From Cyanobacteria bacterium HKST-UBA04 (GTDB taxonomy: Bacteria > Cyanobacteriota > Vampirovibrionia > Vampirovibrionales > JAGQHJ01), in assembly GCA_020431915.1 (NCBI GenBank), contig JAGQHJ010000002.1, positions 49,078-113,077 of the forward strand: DNA of 64,000 nucleotides, written 5' to 3'. Under the pieces are notes generated by a model that was not told where the DNA came from, did not search any database, and worked only from the letters and a program-made list of their open reading frames with translations. The position numbers and the translations under genes were made by a program. Below are positions 27,918 to 37,031 of this stretch, piece after piece (position 1 is the stretch's first letter; each line of letters begins with the position of its first letter).

Positions 27918-28216
27918 TTGGGGGGATCTCCAACGCCCCCCACAAAAACAATTTACCCGTCCTCTCGGACGCCACAAGGATGATGATTGCCACCAGGCAA
28001 CGGCTTCACCCCAGGGCGTCCGAAACCGTATTTATAACCCGGATTCAATAATCTGTTACAAAGGATAAACCCCCGACCGAAACCCATTTCAGCCTTCCGC
28101 GATCCCTCGATTCGACAAGGTCAGGCAATAAGCCCCTTATAAATGTTTTTATTTTTGTACAGAGTACAATGCGCTTTTCTGCTTACGCATACTCCCTTCA
28201 ATGGAGCACACTGACC

Positions 28217-30865
28217 ATGACGTATCGTACGTTTTGGGCAACCGCCTTGGGCATGTCCCTGGTTGCCTCAACCACCCCTATTGCACTTGCCGACTACGTG
28301 GTAGGTTCCGGGCAAACCCAAACCTTTAATACCGCGATTGGCCAAAGCCAAACCATTAGCGATGGCACGCTGGTTCGCGTTGACGGTGCCGTTCGAGCCC
28401 AGCAAGTTCGAGGCAATGGCCAATTAACGGGCAATGGCGGCAACCTCAATGTGAACGCCCCACTCATTATCATCAACGGCTCTGTTAGCGCCGATGCCAC
28501 CCAGGCTGGTGGAAACGGCGGCGTGCTGAACTTTAACACCGGCAACGGTGTACTGGTAAACAACGGCACCATTTCGGCCCGTGGTGTCGATGGCGGCCAA
28601 ATCCTCTTTACCACCGGCTCCTTTACCCTGGGCCAGAACGGCGTAATTGACGCCTCCGGCAACGGGGGGCGCGGCGGGTACATTGGCCTGAATGCCAGCG
28701 GCGTGGTTGATATTCGCGGCAAAATGAGCGTGAGCGGTGCCTCGACCAACCAAAACAGCAACAACCTGATTGAAATCCAGGGGGCCGGCGTCACCATTGC
28801 CAGCACCGCCGTTATTAACGCCCTGGGCGACAAGGGCGCTGTTTCAATCAATTCCACCGGCAACCTAAGCAACCGCGGCACCATTGCCGTGGACGGCGCA
28901 GGGTCCGAGACCGCCGGCAGCATCGTCCTGACAGCCACCGGCAATATTGACCAGGGTGGCAACCTTCAGTCCAAAGGGGGCCCCGGCAGCGTTTCACTGA
29001 ATGCCGGTGGCGAAATCGCCTTTGACACCGGCTCCAACATTACGGTAGAAAACGGAAGCTTCACGGCCAATGCCGGTACCGACATCGTTTTCCAAAACAG
29101 CAATGACCACGTGGCCGTTTCGGCCAACAACGGCGGATCCATCCAACTGGTTGCCGCTGAAGATGTCATTATGGACGCCACCCGCCTCGAAGCCCGTGGC
29201 GGCACGATTAGCGTAAATGCCAACTATGTGCAGCTGGGTGACAAGAGCACTCTGAGCACCAGCACGCTGGATGGCAGCGACGCCGGTGATATTACCATTA
29301 ACGCCAACGGCGACATCAATATTGTGGCCCGCACCGACAGTGCCACCTTGGCTGCCAACGGCGGCAAAGGGGGCAACATTACCGTTGCCGCACAAGGCAG
29401 CCTTGGTATTAAAGCCACCAGCGACTCGCCCACCTTTGTGATTGAAGCCAACGGCGAAAACGGCCAAGGCGGCAGTGTGGCCGTTAGCGGTTCCCAAGTC
29501 GTCTTCCAAGAACTGAACACGGCCAACCAACGTGGTTTTGCCCGTGCCAACGGTACCACCAACGGCGGCAGCGTGACGGTCGCCGGTGACACTCTGGATC
29601 TGACCCGCGGCAAGATTGAAGCCAACGGCGCCAACAACGCCGGTGACATCGCACTGACCACCACCAACGGCATGGTACTGCTTGACAGCGTGGTAGAAGC
29701 CAACGGCGACAATCGCGGCAGCGTGGCCCTGACCACCACCGCTGGCGTGGTCAACCTGAAGAGTTCCTCGGTGGGCATCAACGGCGGGGCCCTGAGCCAA
29801 CTGACTGTCAACAGCGGCAGCCACATCATCCAAACCGGCGGCGAATTGTTTGCCCGGGGCGTTGATGCCGCAGGCTCCGTTAACCTGACCTTTGCCAACG
29901 GCTCAACGGCTAATATCTACCGTGTGGATGCCAACAGCAGCAACGGCAACGCCGGCGACATTGCCATTACAGGTGGCTCGATGGTGTTGACCCAGGCCAA
30001 CAGCTTCGTCCGTGCCATTGGCGGTGACCGTGCCGGTAACGTCACAACCAACCTGACCGGTAGCTTCAACCAGGCCGTCGGTACCGACATCAACACCCGG
30101 GGCCGCACGGTTGGCAATGCCAGCAACACCATTACCCTTAATGCCGCCAGCATTACCACCGACGGCCAAATTGTGGCCACCGGTGCCCGAGCTGGCGACA
30201 ACGGCGGCACCATCACCCTGAACGCCACGAACGGCAACCTGATTACCAAAACCAACTCCGTTATCGCGGCCAGCGGTAGCCCACAAGCCAATGCGGTTGC
30301 CGGCCAAGGCGGTACCGTAACCCTAAACGCCTCCAAATCCATCGCCGTTCAAGGCGACTTGGTGGCCAACGGCAATCAGGGCCAAAACGCCGGTACCATT
30401 AACGTCAACGCCACCACCGCCGGTGGCAACGTCTACATCATCAACGGGGGCAAACTGAAGGCCAACAGCCTGGCAGGCCCGCAAGCCGGCAACGGCGGCA
30501 CGGTCAACATCAACGCTGCCCAGCACATCACCGTCACCCAAACGACTGCCGACACCGTCATTGAAGCCAAGGGCAACAGCGCCCTGGCCAATACCGGCAA
30601 CGGCGGCCAAGGTGGCAATGTTACCTTTAACGCTGGCGGTACGCTGGTCTTCAGCAACACCAGCGGCAGCCCCACCCGCTATGTAGACGTCTCGGGCGGT
30701 ACCGGCAATGGCGCCGGTAACAGCGGCGGCAATGGTGGTACCATCACCTCCACCTCCACCACGTTGCGCATCAACCAGAATGATGTCAACGCCTTCACCC
30801 TCAAGGGCGGCACCGGTATCAACGGTGCAGTCAACGGTACGGACGGCGTCATCAACCTGGATTAA
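28217..30865 (+). CDS. Secreted parallel beta-helix repeat protein (filamentous-haemagglutinin/adhesin-like; possible TpsA-like substrate)
   Basis: Signal peptide (MTYRTFWATALGMSLVASTTPIALA). About 860 aa of ~20-residue repeats rich in G/N/T/S/V/I (GNGG, NxxGxIxA, FNTGNG). No C-terminal barrel, no RTX or LPXTG motif. No canonical NPNG TPS motif seen. Confidence 0.6.
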   Translation: MTYRTFWATALGMSLVASTTPIALADYVVGSGQTQTFNTAIGQSQTISDGTLVRVDGAVRAQQVRGNGQLTGNGGNLNVNAPLIIINGSVSADATQAGGNGGVLNFNTGNGVLVNNGTISARGVDGGQILFTTGSFTLGQNGVIDASGNGGRGGYIGLNASGVVDIRGKMSVSGASTNQNSNNLIEIQGAGVTIASTAVINALGDKGAVSINSTGNLSNRGTIAVDGAGSETAGSIVLTATGNIDQGGNLQSKGGPGSVSLNAGGEIAFDTGSNITVENGSFTANAGTDIVFQNSNDHVAVSANNGGSIQLVAAEDVIMDATRLEARGGTISVNANYVQLGDKSTLSTSTLDGSDAGDITINANGDINIVARTDSATLAANGGKGGNITVAAQGSLGIKATSDSPTFVIEANGENGQGGSVAVSGSQVVFQELNTANQRGFARANGTTNGGSVTVAGDTLDLTRGKIEANGANNAGDIALTTTNGMVLLDSVVEANGDNRGSVALTTTAGVVNLKSSSVGINGGALSQLTVNSGSHIIQTGGELFARGVDAAGSVNLTFANGSTANIYRVDANSSNGNAGDIAITGGSMVLTQANSFVRAIGGDRAGNVTTNLTGSFNQAVGTDINTRGRTVGNASNTITLNAASITTDGQIVATGARAGDNGGTITLNATNGNLITKTNSVIAASGSPQANAVAGQGGTVTLNASKSIAVQGDLVANGNQGQNAGTINVNATTAGGNVYIINGGKLKANSLAGPQAGNGGTVNINAAQHITVTQTTADTVIEAKGNSALANTGNGGQGGNVTFNAGGTLVFSNTSGSPTRYVDVSGGTGNGAGNSGGNGGTITSTSTTLRINQNDVNAFTLKGGTGINGAVNGTDGVINLD

Positions 30866-30954
30866 GCCACACCCCCCTCATCCCCACGTTTTACGAGTGT
30901 TATTGTCAAGCCCAAACGCCTTCCGCCCATCCAACGGCGGCGGGCGTTTTGGGG

Positions 30955-31812
30955 TTAAAATCCGTAGAGCTTGACCGGCTGCTGCATGGTAAGCACCAAC
31001 CGTTCGCCCGGGGGTATTTTAATATGAATCCCCTTTTCCCTGGGCCCGCGGTACATAGCCCGCCCGTAGCTGCCAATCTGGTAGATGTGGTAAGGCACTA
31101 CCTTCAGCTCGGTGCCTTTCGTCAGTTGTCCGCCCCAGTAGGGATAGGACTGGCCGGTATCCACCACGGCATCAATGGGCAATACCGGGCCATTGGCCAG
31201 CTGCAACTGGTAAAAATGAATCTCTAAAATGGCATTACGCCCCTCAATGGGCTTATCTACCCGAACCACCTGCCCCATAACCCGATCCTGCCGGCTTAAA
31301 ACCAGGCTCTGGCCAACATACATGTCCTGGGCCACGGAAGCCAGAACCGGCTGGCCTTCAAGCGCCGATTCCGTGGTGAGGTTGTCAAGCAAAATCACGC
31401 TCAGCATCGAACCACGGGGCATTTCGTAGGCATAGGTATCCGTTTGCGGCTCGTAGCCATTGCTCCGGTACTGGTCAATATCGTACTGATCGTCGGTTTG
31501 CTCCGGTGTCAAATACGGCGCAGGCTTTCGGGGCGGAAAAAACGGCTTTTCGGGCACTTTTGGCCAGGCTATATGGCCACCGCCACCATATTCACCGGCA
31601 CTTTGTTCGTCATAGGCAAAACAGACTTGGCTAAGTAGCAACAGGCAGCATAATCCCAGAAAAACCCCTAAAACCAAGGCCATTATCTGGTCAAACCTGT
31701 ATTTTTTTGCCCCAGCCAAAGCACTCATCGACAAAGCCAGAACCTGTGGCTCGTTTTTAGGCCTGTTTTTAGGCTTGTTTGACGATGAAAAGGGGGCAAA
31801 AAGGCCTGCCAT
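30955..31812 (-). CDS. Bitopic inner-membrane protein with VirB10/TrbI-like architecture (short cytoplasmic N-terminus, TM, Pro-rich linker, C-terminal beta domain)
   Basis: TM (IMALVLGVFLGLCCLLLLSQVCFA), Pro-rich stretch (WPKVPEKPFFPPRKPAPYLTPEQ) and a C-terminal domain. By eye, GSMLSVILLDNLTTE...PVLASVAQDMYVG...LVLSRQDRVMGQV...GRNAILEIHFYQLQLANGPVLPIDA...IHIKIPPGERLVLTMQQPVKL follows the TrbI/VirB10 C-domain pattern. Similarity is not verified. Confidence 0.4.
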   Translation of the reverse strand: MAGLFAPFSSSNKPKNRPKNEPQVLALSMSALAGAKKYRFDQIMALVLGVFLGLCCLLLLSQVCFAYDEQSAGEYGGGGHIAWPKVPEKPFFPPRKPAPYLTPEQTDDQYDIDQYRSNGYEPQTDTYAYEMPRGSMLSVILLDNLTTESALEGQPVLASVAQDMYVGQSLVLSRQDRVMGQVVRVDKPIEGRNAILEIHFYQLQLANGPVLPIDAVVDTGQSYPYWGGQLTKGTELKVVPYHIYQIGSYGRAMYRGPREKGIHIKIPPGERLVLTMQQPVKLYGF

Positions 31813-32050
31813 TACTGTTTTTATCCTATTAAACCAACCAAAGACCGTCGTAGGAACTACGTTGAACGATTTTCTACCTTTAGTGTCGTCGATTTCGTTA
31901 AAAAATCCAGTTTCTTAGCGATTCATTTACACGTACCGGAGACGGTCCCCGTTGTTTTTTCGGGCCTGTCAAGCGGCTTGCTCATTGTAAAGCCGTGCTG
32001 CAGGCGGTTATGCTCAGAAACGAGAAGAAGCTCAGAGGGGTATCACCCGG

Positions 32051-32989
32051 ATGCCAACTGCCAAGACAACCAATACCACCAACCACCGCGCAGCCCAATT
32101 TGCCCCGCCGCCACATCCTCCGTGGGTGGCCGACTGGTGGCGACAGTTTGATGCCCTGCCCCTAGCCCCCTATTTTAAGGCCAACGTGCGGTATCACTTA
32201 AACACTGTTCTGTGCCAGGCCAACGCCAACCGAAGCCGGCGCCTGATGGAATTTTTCAAGAGCGTGGACTGGCTGCCACTGGCCAACATCAAACCCAACC
32301 CCCTGGATCAACTGCCGGCCGAAACGGCACGCCACATCCGCCATGACTTGGAAACCTACCTCGCCGAAAAAGCCCAAAAAAAAGCCCGACAGAAAAACCA
32401 GCAGCAGGACTACAAGCTGCGTGTCATCCACTACTTCAAGGATCGCCTGAGCCGCGAAGACAAGCAGTTGCTTGAACGGCTGCGCGATTACGAACTGGAC
32501 CTGACCGGACAGGACGCCAACTGGCAACACTATTTTCGCCTAACCTCCTTCAAGCAAATTGACGCCTTTGGCGCCATGTCAACCAGCGATCGAATGCAAC
32601 GCATTGCCGCATTCAAGTTTGACGTGCAAACCCGTTGCTACCACGAAAAAAAATTACAGACCGGCCAGTACTGGGGTTTTTACAACGACGGGTTTGGGTT
32701 TGACCCGGCCAACCTCGACGAAACGCTGAACAACTGGCACCAAAATCACAAGCGCCAACACCAGACAGACCCGGCGGATCAACCCAATGACAGCGCGATG
32801 AAACCAACCGGCGACGACCGGCAGGCTGCTCTGGAGATTTTGTCGCTGCCGGCCAACCCGGATCCCAAAACCGTTCGGGCACGGTTCCGCGAATTGGCTC
32901 TGGCACTACACCCCGATCGCCCCGGCGGATCGAGCGAGAAAATGAAAGCGGTCTTGTGGGCCTATAAAACCCTCTCCCCCTCCCGCTAA
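32051..32989 (+). CDS. J-domain (DnaJ-like) protein with a novel ~240-aa N-terminal region
   Basis: C-terminal J domain with an HPD motif (RFRELALALHPDRPGGSSEKMKAVLWAYKTL). N-terminus unrecognised. Confidence 0.6.
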   Translation: MPTAKTTNTTNHRAAQFAPPPHPPWVADWWRQFDALPLAPYFKANVRYHLNTVLCQANANRSRRLMEFFKSVDWLPLANIKPNPLDQLPAETARHIRHDLETYLAEKAQKKARQKNQQQDYKLRVIHYFKDRLSREDKQLLERLRDYELDLTGQDANWQHYFRLTSFKQIDAFGAMSTSDRMQRIAAFKFDVQTRCYHEKKLQTGQYWGFYNDGFGFDPANLDETLNNWHQNHKRQHQTDPADQPNDSAMKPTGDDRQAALEILSLPANPDPKTVRARFRELALALHPDRPGGSSEKMKAVLWAYKTLSPSR

Positions 32990-33142
32990 AAAACCGCTAC
33001 AATAAAAGGTACGTTTCCTAACGACCCTGTCTTGTCGATCGCCCGTCAGGCGACCCCGCGACATTGGAGAGTACTAGAGAACGAAACCGGATCGAAGGAC
33101 AGAGAAGAAAAAGAAGAGGGTATACCCGTGTCATTATCCATG

Positions 33143-33568
33143 CAACGCCAACCGGCCCAGCCGACCTTAAAAGCGGTCGACAACCTTGAGTCCGCCTTTT
33201 ACCAGGAACATTTGCAACACCAGCGAGCCCACCAACAGCCCACCGCCGTGTGGCAACACCCTGCACCGCCCCAGCCAACACCAGCCGATTTAAATTTACC
33301 CGAGGATGACGAAACCTTTCTGGACCGGTTGTCGGTGATGTTGGCCAACCGGGCGGGGCAATTCTTAAGCGAGCCGGAAACCCTCAAACAGATTTTAAAA
33401 TTCAGCGAGCTGCAACGAGACAACCGCCAGCTGGCCCGGCATATCCAGCACCTGCTGACAGTCATCCACGAACAGAAGCGAGCCCTGCACAGCATCCAGC
33501 AACAGCAGCAAGCCGCCCTCGATGATCAGTACCAACACCTGTTCGGGCAGCTTTACCTTAAAAAGTAG
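33143..33568 (+). CDS. Q-rich hypothetical protein (coiled-coil-like C-terminus)
   Basis: ORF with poly-Q/H segments (IQQQQQAALDDQYQHLF). The start codon is uncertain; the annotated ORF starts at 33032. Confidence 0.35.
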   Translation, partial: QRQPAQPTLKAVDNLESAFYQEHLQHQRAHQQPTAVWQHPAPPQPTPADLNLPEDDETFLDRLSVMLANRAGQFLSEPETLKQILKFSELQRDNRQLARHIQHLLTVIHEQKRALHSIQQQQQAALDDQYQHLFGQLYLKK

Positions 33569-33588
33569 TGCCCGACGAACAAGTCCCT

Positions 33589-34680
33589 TTAGGGCAACTG
33601 CTGGCGGGTTAGCTCGTCGATGATGTAGCGCAGGGTTTCGGCGGTTTTATACAGCGGTTCAATCAGCGGAACAGCCATAACTTCTGCCGTAGGCACACAC
33701 ACCTGGATGGCTTGGGGCACGATGGTCATGGTGGCCGGTGTCCGGCCAATAACATCCCCGTCGGCCTGCACCTTTAACCGGGGCCGGCTGGTAATGGTAA
33801 TATGCTTGCCACGAAAATGGCTTAGGCCCTCTTTAAGCGGCTTGTCCGGCGCCAGGCTGTGCTGGTGCATCAACATCTGGACCACCGTTGTCCAATAATC
33901 CAGACGCTGCTTGGAAGCAATCACACAGACATCAAGCAGGCCGTCGTCGGTACGTGACCCCGGCGACAGGGTCAACACCTCGCCCAGCAGGTTGGCCGCG
34001 TTGGCCACGGTGGCCCCTATGCCCTTAACCGTCAGGGTGGGCTTATCGTCAATGGTAATGTCGAAAAAGGCATACGGGGTGGTAAAGGCCTGCATGGCCC
34101 CTTGCCAAATATAGGCAAACAACCCCAGGTGTTTTTTCTCAACCGACCGCACATTCTCAATAATTTGGGCATCAATACCGGCCCCGGCCATCAGCGAAAA
34201 GTACCGACTCACCTGGTCGCCACCATGGCCGCCATGACCGCCATGTAACGCGCTGACGGTAACCATGCCCAGATCCAGCGGACAGGTGGCTCCCATCAGA
34301 ATGGCCTTCCATGCCCGTTTGAAGGAGAGGGGCAAGTTCAAGTGATTGGCCAAACGGTTGCCGGTTCCCACGGGAATAATACCCAGAACGGGCAATCGGT
34401 CTGCAGCGACGCGACCAGCCGAGGCTTCCAGCATGGCGTTTATCACGTCGGCTATTGTGCCATCCCCGCCTGCAACCACCACACAATCGAGCACCGGCAA
34501 CCGAGACCGAAGCCGATCCGTCATGTCGGCCACGGAGTCGGGAACCAGCACGCCCAAATCCACCAGCTCAAGATCCTGGTACGGCCTCACCGCAGCCAGA
34601 AGTTGCCGTTTCAACTCCTCAACGGACTGACCGCCCCCCGCGTTTGGGTTAATAACAAGCAAGCAACGCTTCATGACCAC
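33589..34680 (-). CDS. Lipid kinase (diacylglycerol kinase catalytic domain; YegS/BmrU/sphingosine-kinase-like)
   Basis: DAGK_cat motifs (LLVINPNAGGGQS ... VVVAGGDGTIADVINAM ... GIIPVGTGN). Confidence 0.8.
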   Translation of the reverse strand: MVMKRCLLVINPNAGGGQSVEELKRQLLAAVRPYQDLELVDLGVLVPDSVADMTDRLRSRLPVLDCVVVAGGDGTIADVINAMLEASAGRVAADRLPVLGIIPVGTGNRLANHLNLPLSFKRAWKAILMGATCPLDLGMVTVSALHGGHGGHGGDQVSRYFSLMAGAGIDAQIIENVRSVEKKHLGLFAYIWQGAMQAFTTPYAFFDITIDDKPTLTVKGIGATVANAANLLGEVLTLSPGSRTDDGLLDVCVIASKQRLDYWTTVVQMLMHQHSLAPDKPLKEGLSHFRGKHITITSRPRLKVQADGDVIGRTPATMTIVPQAIQVCVPTAEVMAVPLIEPLYKTAETLRYIIDELTRQQLP

Positions 34681-34850
34681 TCCACGTTCGGCGAATTATG
34701 TCCATAGTATACGTGAAGCGCCGGCCTGGGTGGAACACACCGCCTAGAAACACAACACCAAAAAATACAAGCCCCTACCAACAAGCGCCGACCTGATCAT
34801 ACACAGGGCCGGCGCTTGTTTTAAAGCATCAAAAGATAAAGAGGCGAGCG

Positions 34851-36821
34851 CTAGGCGTTCATGAAGCGCTGGTAAGCCGCTTGCGATGAACGGTGATCCG
34901 CCATTGCACCGCTACTGCTGCTGCCATCCAACCCCATCATTCCCGACAGGGTACTGGAAAAACCAGAGACGGCATCCTGTGCAGTGGCGGCCGCAGGCAT
35001 GCGAAGCGGACGGGCCAAATACCGGCTGGATTGGCTGTTAATATGTTGCTGCAGCTTGGCGGCATAGGTAATGCCACTGGTGTTCAGGGGCTTGCTCTGG
35101 TGTGTGGTGCTGTCCAGAGACAACGTCTCGTCGTAGGCAGCCCCCATGGCGGTCGACATAATGGGATCGGTCATGCCGGTCGAACTGGCCACTTGGTGGC
35201 CCGGCGACGAACCAGCCCGGCCTTTGATGGTTTGGGGACGAGCCTCATACGGATTGACGGCCAACGGATCCGAGTCAAAGGAATCAAAGGCTTCAAGCGT
35301 ACTAAGGTTCTTGGACGTCTCCGGGCCACCCTCCAACACGGAGGACGCCTGAGCACCATAGGCCGGCGCACCCATCGGGGATCCGAAATCGTCATCGTCG
35401 TGATCATCCCAATCGCTGTCGTCGTCATGCTCGACCACCACCGTGGCTTGGGAAGCCGGCACCGCACCACCAATAGGGTTGGCCATACCGGCATAGGCCG
35501 GGGCATAGCCGGAAGTGGCCGGCAGCGAGATCAGCGACCCGGCATGGCGCCGGGACCGGCGCTCGTCAGAACGGCGGAAGAAGCTGTTGAGGATCATGCC
35601 AAAGACCAGCAGAACCAGCAGGAAGAGGGTGATGCCCAGAATCCAGCTAACCAGGGGACCGAAGAAGGCAAACACCTTCTCCACCGGGTTGGGATAAACC
35701 GGGTCAATCTGCTTCCACGTGTTCCGGCCATCATCGTAGTTGTAATACTCGTCAATCTCGATTTTGCGATCAATGGGGCCTTCCAGATCGTAGTAACCGC
35801 CCTCGCCGTCGCTACCGACAATGGTCATGCCGTCACCCTTAACATGGTCAGCCGAGGCCGCCGATGGGCCGTTGACCCGGCGTTGGTATTCCACGGATCT
35901 GGCCACACCGGGCGCGTTGTAATCCACACGGGGGGGTTCACCAAACGATCCATCGCGACGAACGGACCGAACGGCCGATGAACCGGGTTGCCCCTGGCGA
36001 AGCGTCGACCGCTGAGAAGCGGCACGTTGGGCTTCTTCGCGCGAATTATATCGTTGTGCACGATTGCGGGCCGAATGGCGCGCAGGTTTTCTGGTGGCTG
36101 GTCGAACGGCAGACGTGGCAGTGGTATCCACAGTGCCTTCTTCCCGAATAATTTCGACGGTTTGTCCGCCACCCGAAGCGTTGCTGACACGCGAGGCATC
36201 GCGGTTAAACCGCTCCTGGTTCTGGCGTGGCACATCGGTTTGGGCCGATTGGTACACGGCGGCCGATTCGGCCTGGCCAACGGCTGGCTGGGCCAGTTGC
36301 TTGGCCTGGGTGCGAACATAGCCGTTTTTAATCGCATAATCCGACGGGGCATAATCCAGCTTTAACACGTTATCCACCGCCATGGCCCCCGGTTTCATCA
36401 GGGCCATCATTTCGTTAGTCGGTTTGGCGGGGGTATTGGCCGAACGAATCCGCTTAAATTCGACCCGGTAGGGCTTCCGGTTCAACCCGGAGCGTTCCAG
36501 GTTAATCACCACATTGCCGTTGGTCTGGCTGGCAGAGGCCGAAACCCCCAGCGCCTTGCTGCTGGCAGCAGGGACACCCGCCTTGGTCAAGGAGGCATTG
36601 GGCAGCACAATCTTAACCTGGCCGGCCGAAGACTGGGCAATCTGATAACGTTGGGGCCCATCCACATCCAACTGCACCACCAGCGACGATCCCGTATCGG
36701 TTACATGCATTTGGTTCAGCTCGGCGGCATCGGTATCAGGCGCCAGCATCGAAACAGACAGCACCCCCAGGGTGACGGCAAGGAACGGCAACACCTTAAG
36801 AAACGAACGAAATGTAGTCAT
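34851..36821 (-). CDS. AMIN-domain bitopic membrane protein with long disordered periplasmic and cytoplasmic regions
   Basis: Signal peptide, an AMIN-like beta domain (SSLVVQLDVDGPQRYQIAQSSAGQVKIVLPNASL and a second copy NVVINLERSG...YRVEFKRI), a basic R/S/Q-rich linker, one TM (LVSWILGITLFLLVLLVFGMIL) and an acidic D/H-rich C-terminal tail. Confidence 0.5.
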   Translation of the reverse strand: MTTFRSFLKVLPFLAVTLGVLSVSMLAPDTDAAELNQMHVTDTGSSLVVQLDVDGPQRYQIAQSSAGQVKIVLPNASLTKAGVPAASSKALGVSASASQTNGNVVINLERSGLNRKPYRVEFKRIRSANTPAKPTNEMMALMKPGAMAVDNVLKLDYAPSDYAIKNGYVRTQAKQLAQPAVGQAESAAVYQSAQTDVPRQNQERFNRDASRVSNASGGGQTVEIIREEGTVDTTATSAVRPATRKPARHSARNRAQRYNSREEAQRAASQRSTLRQGQPGSSAVRSVRRDGSFGEPPRVDYNAPGVARSVEYQRRVNGPSAASADHVKGDGMTIVGSDGEGGYYDLEGPIDRKIEIDEYYNYDDGRNTWKQIDPVYPNPVEKVFAFFGPLVSWILGITLFLLVLLVFGMILNSFFRRSDERRSRRHAGSLISLPATSGYAPAYAGMANPIGGAVPASQATVVVEHDDDSDWDDHDDDDFGSPMGAPAYGAQASSVLEGGPETSKNLSTLEAFDSFDSDPLAVNPYEARPQTIKGRAGSSPGHQVASSTGMTDPIMSTAMGAAYDETLSLDSTTHQSKPLNTSGITYAAKLQQHINSQSSRYLARPLRMPAAATAQDAVSGFSSTLSGMMGLDGSSSSGAMADHRSSQAAYQRFMNA

Positions 36822-36939
36822 AATCTCTATTTTACCTTGTTGAGGTTAAATGGCCAATTAGTTGATTTAAAAATAAACCCGGCGGGGGATTGTCCCTAAA
36901 ACCCTGATGCTTGTTACATAGCTTCATTCAGGGAAGTAT

Positions 36940-36949
36940 TAGTATACTA
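36940..36949. promoter_or_regulatory. Perfect 10-bp palindrome TAGTATACTA in the AT-rich promoter region upstream of the AMIN-protein gene
   Basis: Read directly. Lies about 120 nt upstream of the 36821 start. Confidence 0.3.
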
Positions 36950-37031
36950 CATATATAGTTAATACACCGATCCGACGGCATTGTCTACCCCTTCGCCCGA
37001 TCTCCAAACCGATTGGTGGCCCTCGACCCAC

